From Utricularia gibba (Eukaryota; Plantae; Magnoliophyta), in contig CM007989.1 of NCBI GenBank assembly GCA_002189035.1, positions 6,386,001-6,450,000 on the forward strand: a DNA stretch of 64,000 bases, given 5' to 3'. A program made the position numbers and the translations under genes. Positions 62,960-64,000 of the stretch are shown here, in pieces. The notes under the pieces are model-generated. The model searched no databases and was not told where the DNA came from. It was given only the letters and a program-made list of their open reading frames with translations. Every line of letters begins with the position of its first letter. The stretch's first letter is position 1.

Positions 62960-64000
62960 CGTGATTTGAATTCTATCTCAAATCCAATAAAACTCAAATT
63001 TTGATGAAATTCTTCAAGAACAAGTTTTTTTAATGATATAAGTTGTTTGCTCCTAGTAAAATGTATTCAAGTTTAATGACATCTTACTCTACATAATCTC
63101 TTAACACATGATATTTGATCTTATTATGTTTGGTCTTTCCAAATATTACAAGATTTTGGACTATATTAATAGTTAATTTTTTCTCAATTTGTATAATTAT
63201 TGATTTGCTTATATGAATATTTAGATAGTTATAATTTTTTGGTAATCATAGTGCATTATTGGCAATAAATGCTCTAGCAATGTATTATATATGAGCAAAG
63301 TACTGAGGTACTATAGTCACATCCTGTTTGAAACTTTTACAGACAAATGCAAAGAATCTTAAATTGAACAGATAGCTGATTGTGGATCTATAGTTTGTGT
63401 CATCTTTGCAAAATCAAAGTCCATGAATCCTTGCAGAGTAATATTAGTCTCATATTTATAATACAAACTAATATTTAATATATCCAATGACATGATGAAA
63501 GTGACATTCGAGAGTAGTAAAATAGAAAAGTGCTCTAATTAACCGTTGATATTCATTGCAATTGTATGAATAGTCATTCACTTAGAGTATGTTTTCGTTT
63601 TATTTTTTTATGGAAAGAGAACTTGAATAAATTTTGAAAATTGTTGCTTGAATGTTCAAACAATATCTTGAAAAGATAAAGAATAACATGTTTTTATGCA
63701 TATATGACTTCAGTATGATAATATCAAAAGAATCCTTGAATGTATAACATTTTACTTTTATATATACTTTGAAATGTTTTTCAACTAACTTACAACACTA
63801 AGTAAATTATATGAAAATAAAGTAATATGATATACTTGTGTTAACTTGAAAAGCTTAATACCTATTTCCAACGGATATTTCTAATTTTAGTGATTGTTAT
63901 ATATTTTTGATTTGTAACTTTGATAAATTTTCTTTTCAGTTTCATGTAGGTGATAAATCTACTATGATTATGAGCTATGTGATTGCACCACTGAATATTT
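62960..64000 (-). mobile_element. Heavily decayed Ty1/copia pol (RT end / RNase H) remnant
   Basis: Minus strand reads LQGFMDFDFA (~63420, like the copia L.G..D.D.A RNase H start) and GKTKHNKIKYHVLRDYVE*DVIKLEYI (~63140-63065, like RTKHI.IRYHFLRD.V...I.LEYI). Many stops and frameshifts; boundaries approximate. Confidence 0.65.

Overview
Gene-dense nuclear DNA from a photosynthetic flowering plant, most likely a eudicot (taxon inferred, not determined). Introns are very short (mostly 60-100 nt) and spacers are AT-rich. Supported genes in order: SKP2-type F-box/LRR (+); a plastid-targeted unknown protein with a tandemly duplicated last exon (-); EHD3-like PHD-finger protein (-); GST TCHQD (+); H3K36 methyltransferase ASHH2/SDG8 (-); an apparently disabled filament-like plant protein FPP/DUF869 gene (+); a USP-A-domain protein (-); an IDM1-like PHD/GNAT protein (-); a transmembrane MORN-repeat protein (-); MPS1 kinase (+); PsaH (-); PIP5K1/2-type kinase (+). 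Repeats and mobile DNA: a complete but dead 2.87-kb hAT transposon with 8-bp TSDs, a 610-bp non-autonomous member of the same family with its own TSD, a ~3.1-kb C/A-rich minisatellite bracketed by ~290-bp direct repeats, a foldback element and a decayed Ty1/copia pol remnant. The most notable observations are the duplicated alternative terminal exon pointing into SKP2, a five-fold PPG(F/V)SS motif array and a chained AUGA-overlap uORF leader in ASHH2, the FPP lesions, and the minisatellite cassette. All alignments were done by eye; no database search was run, so family assignments rest on recognised motifs.
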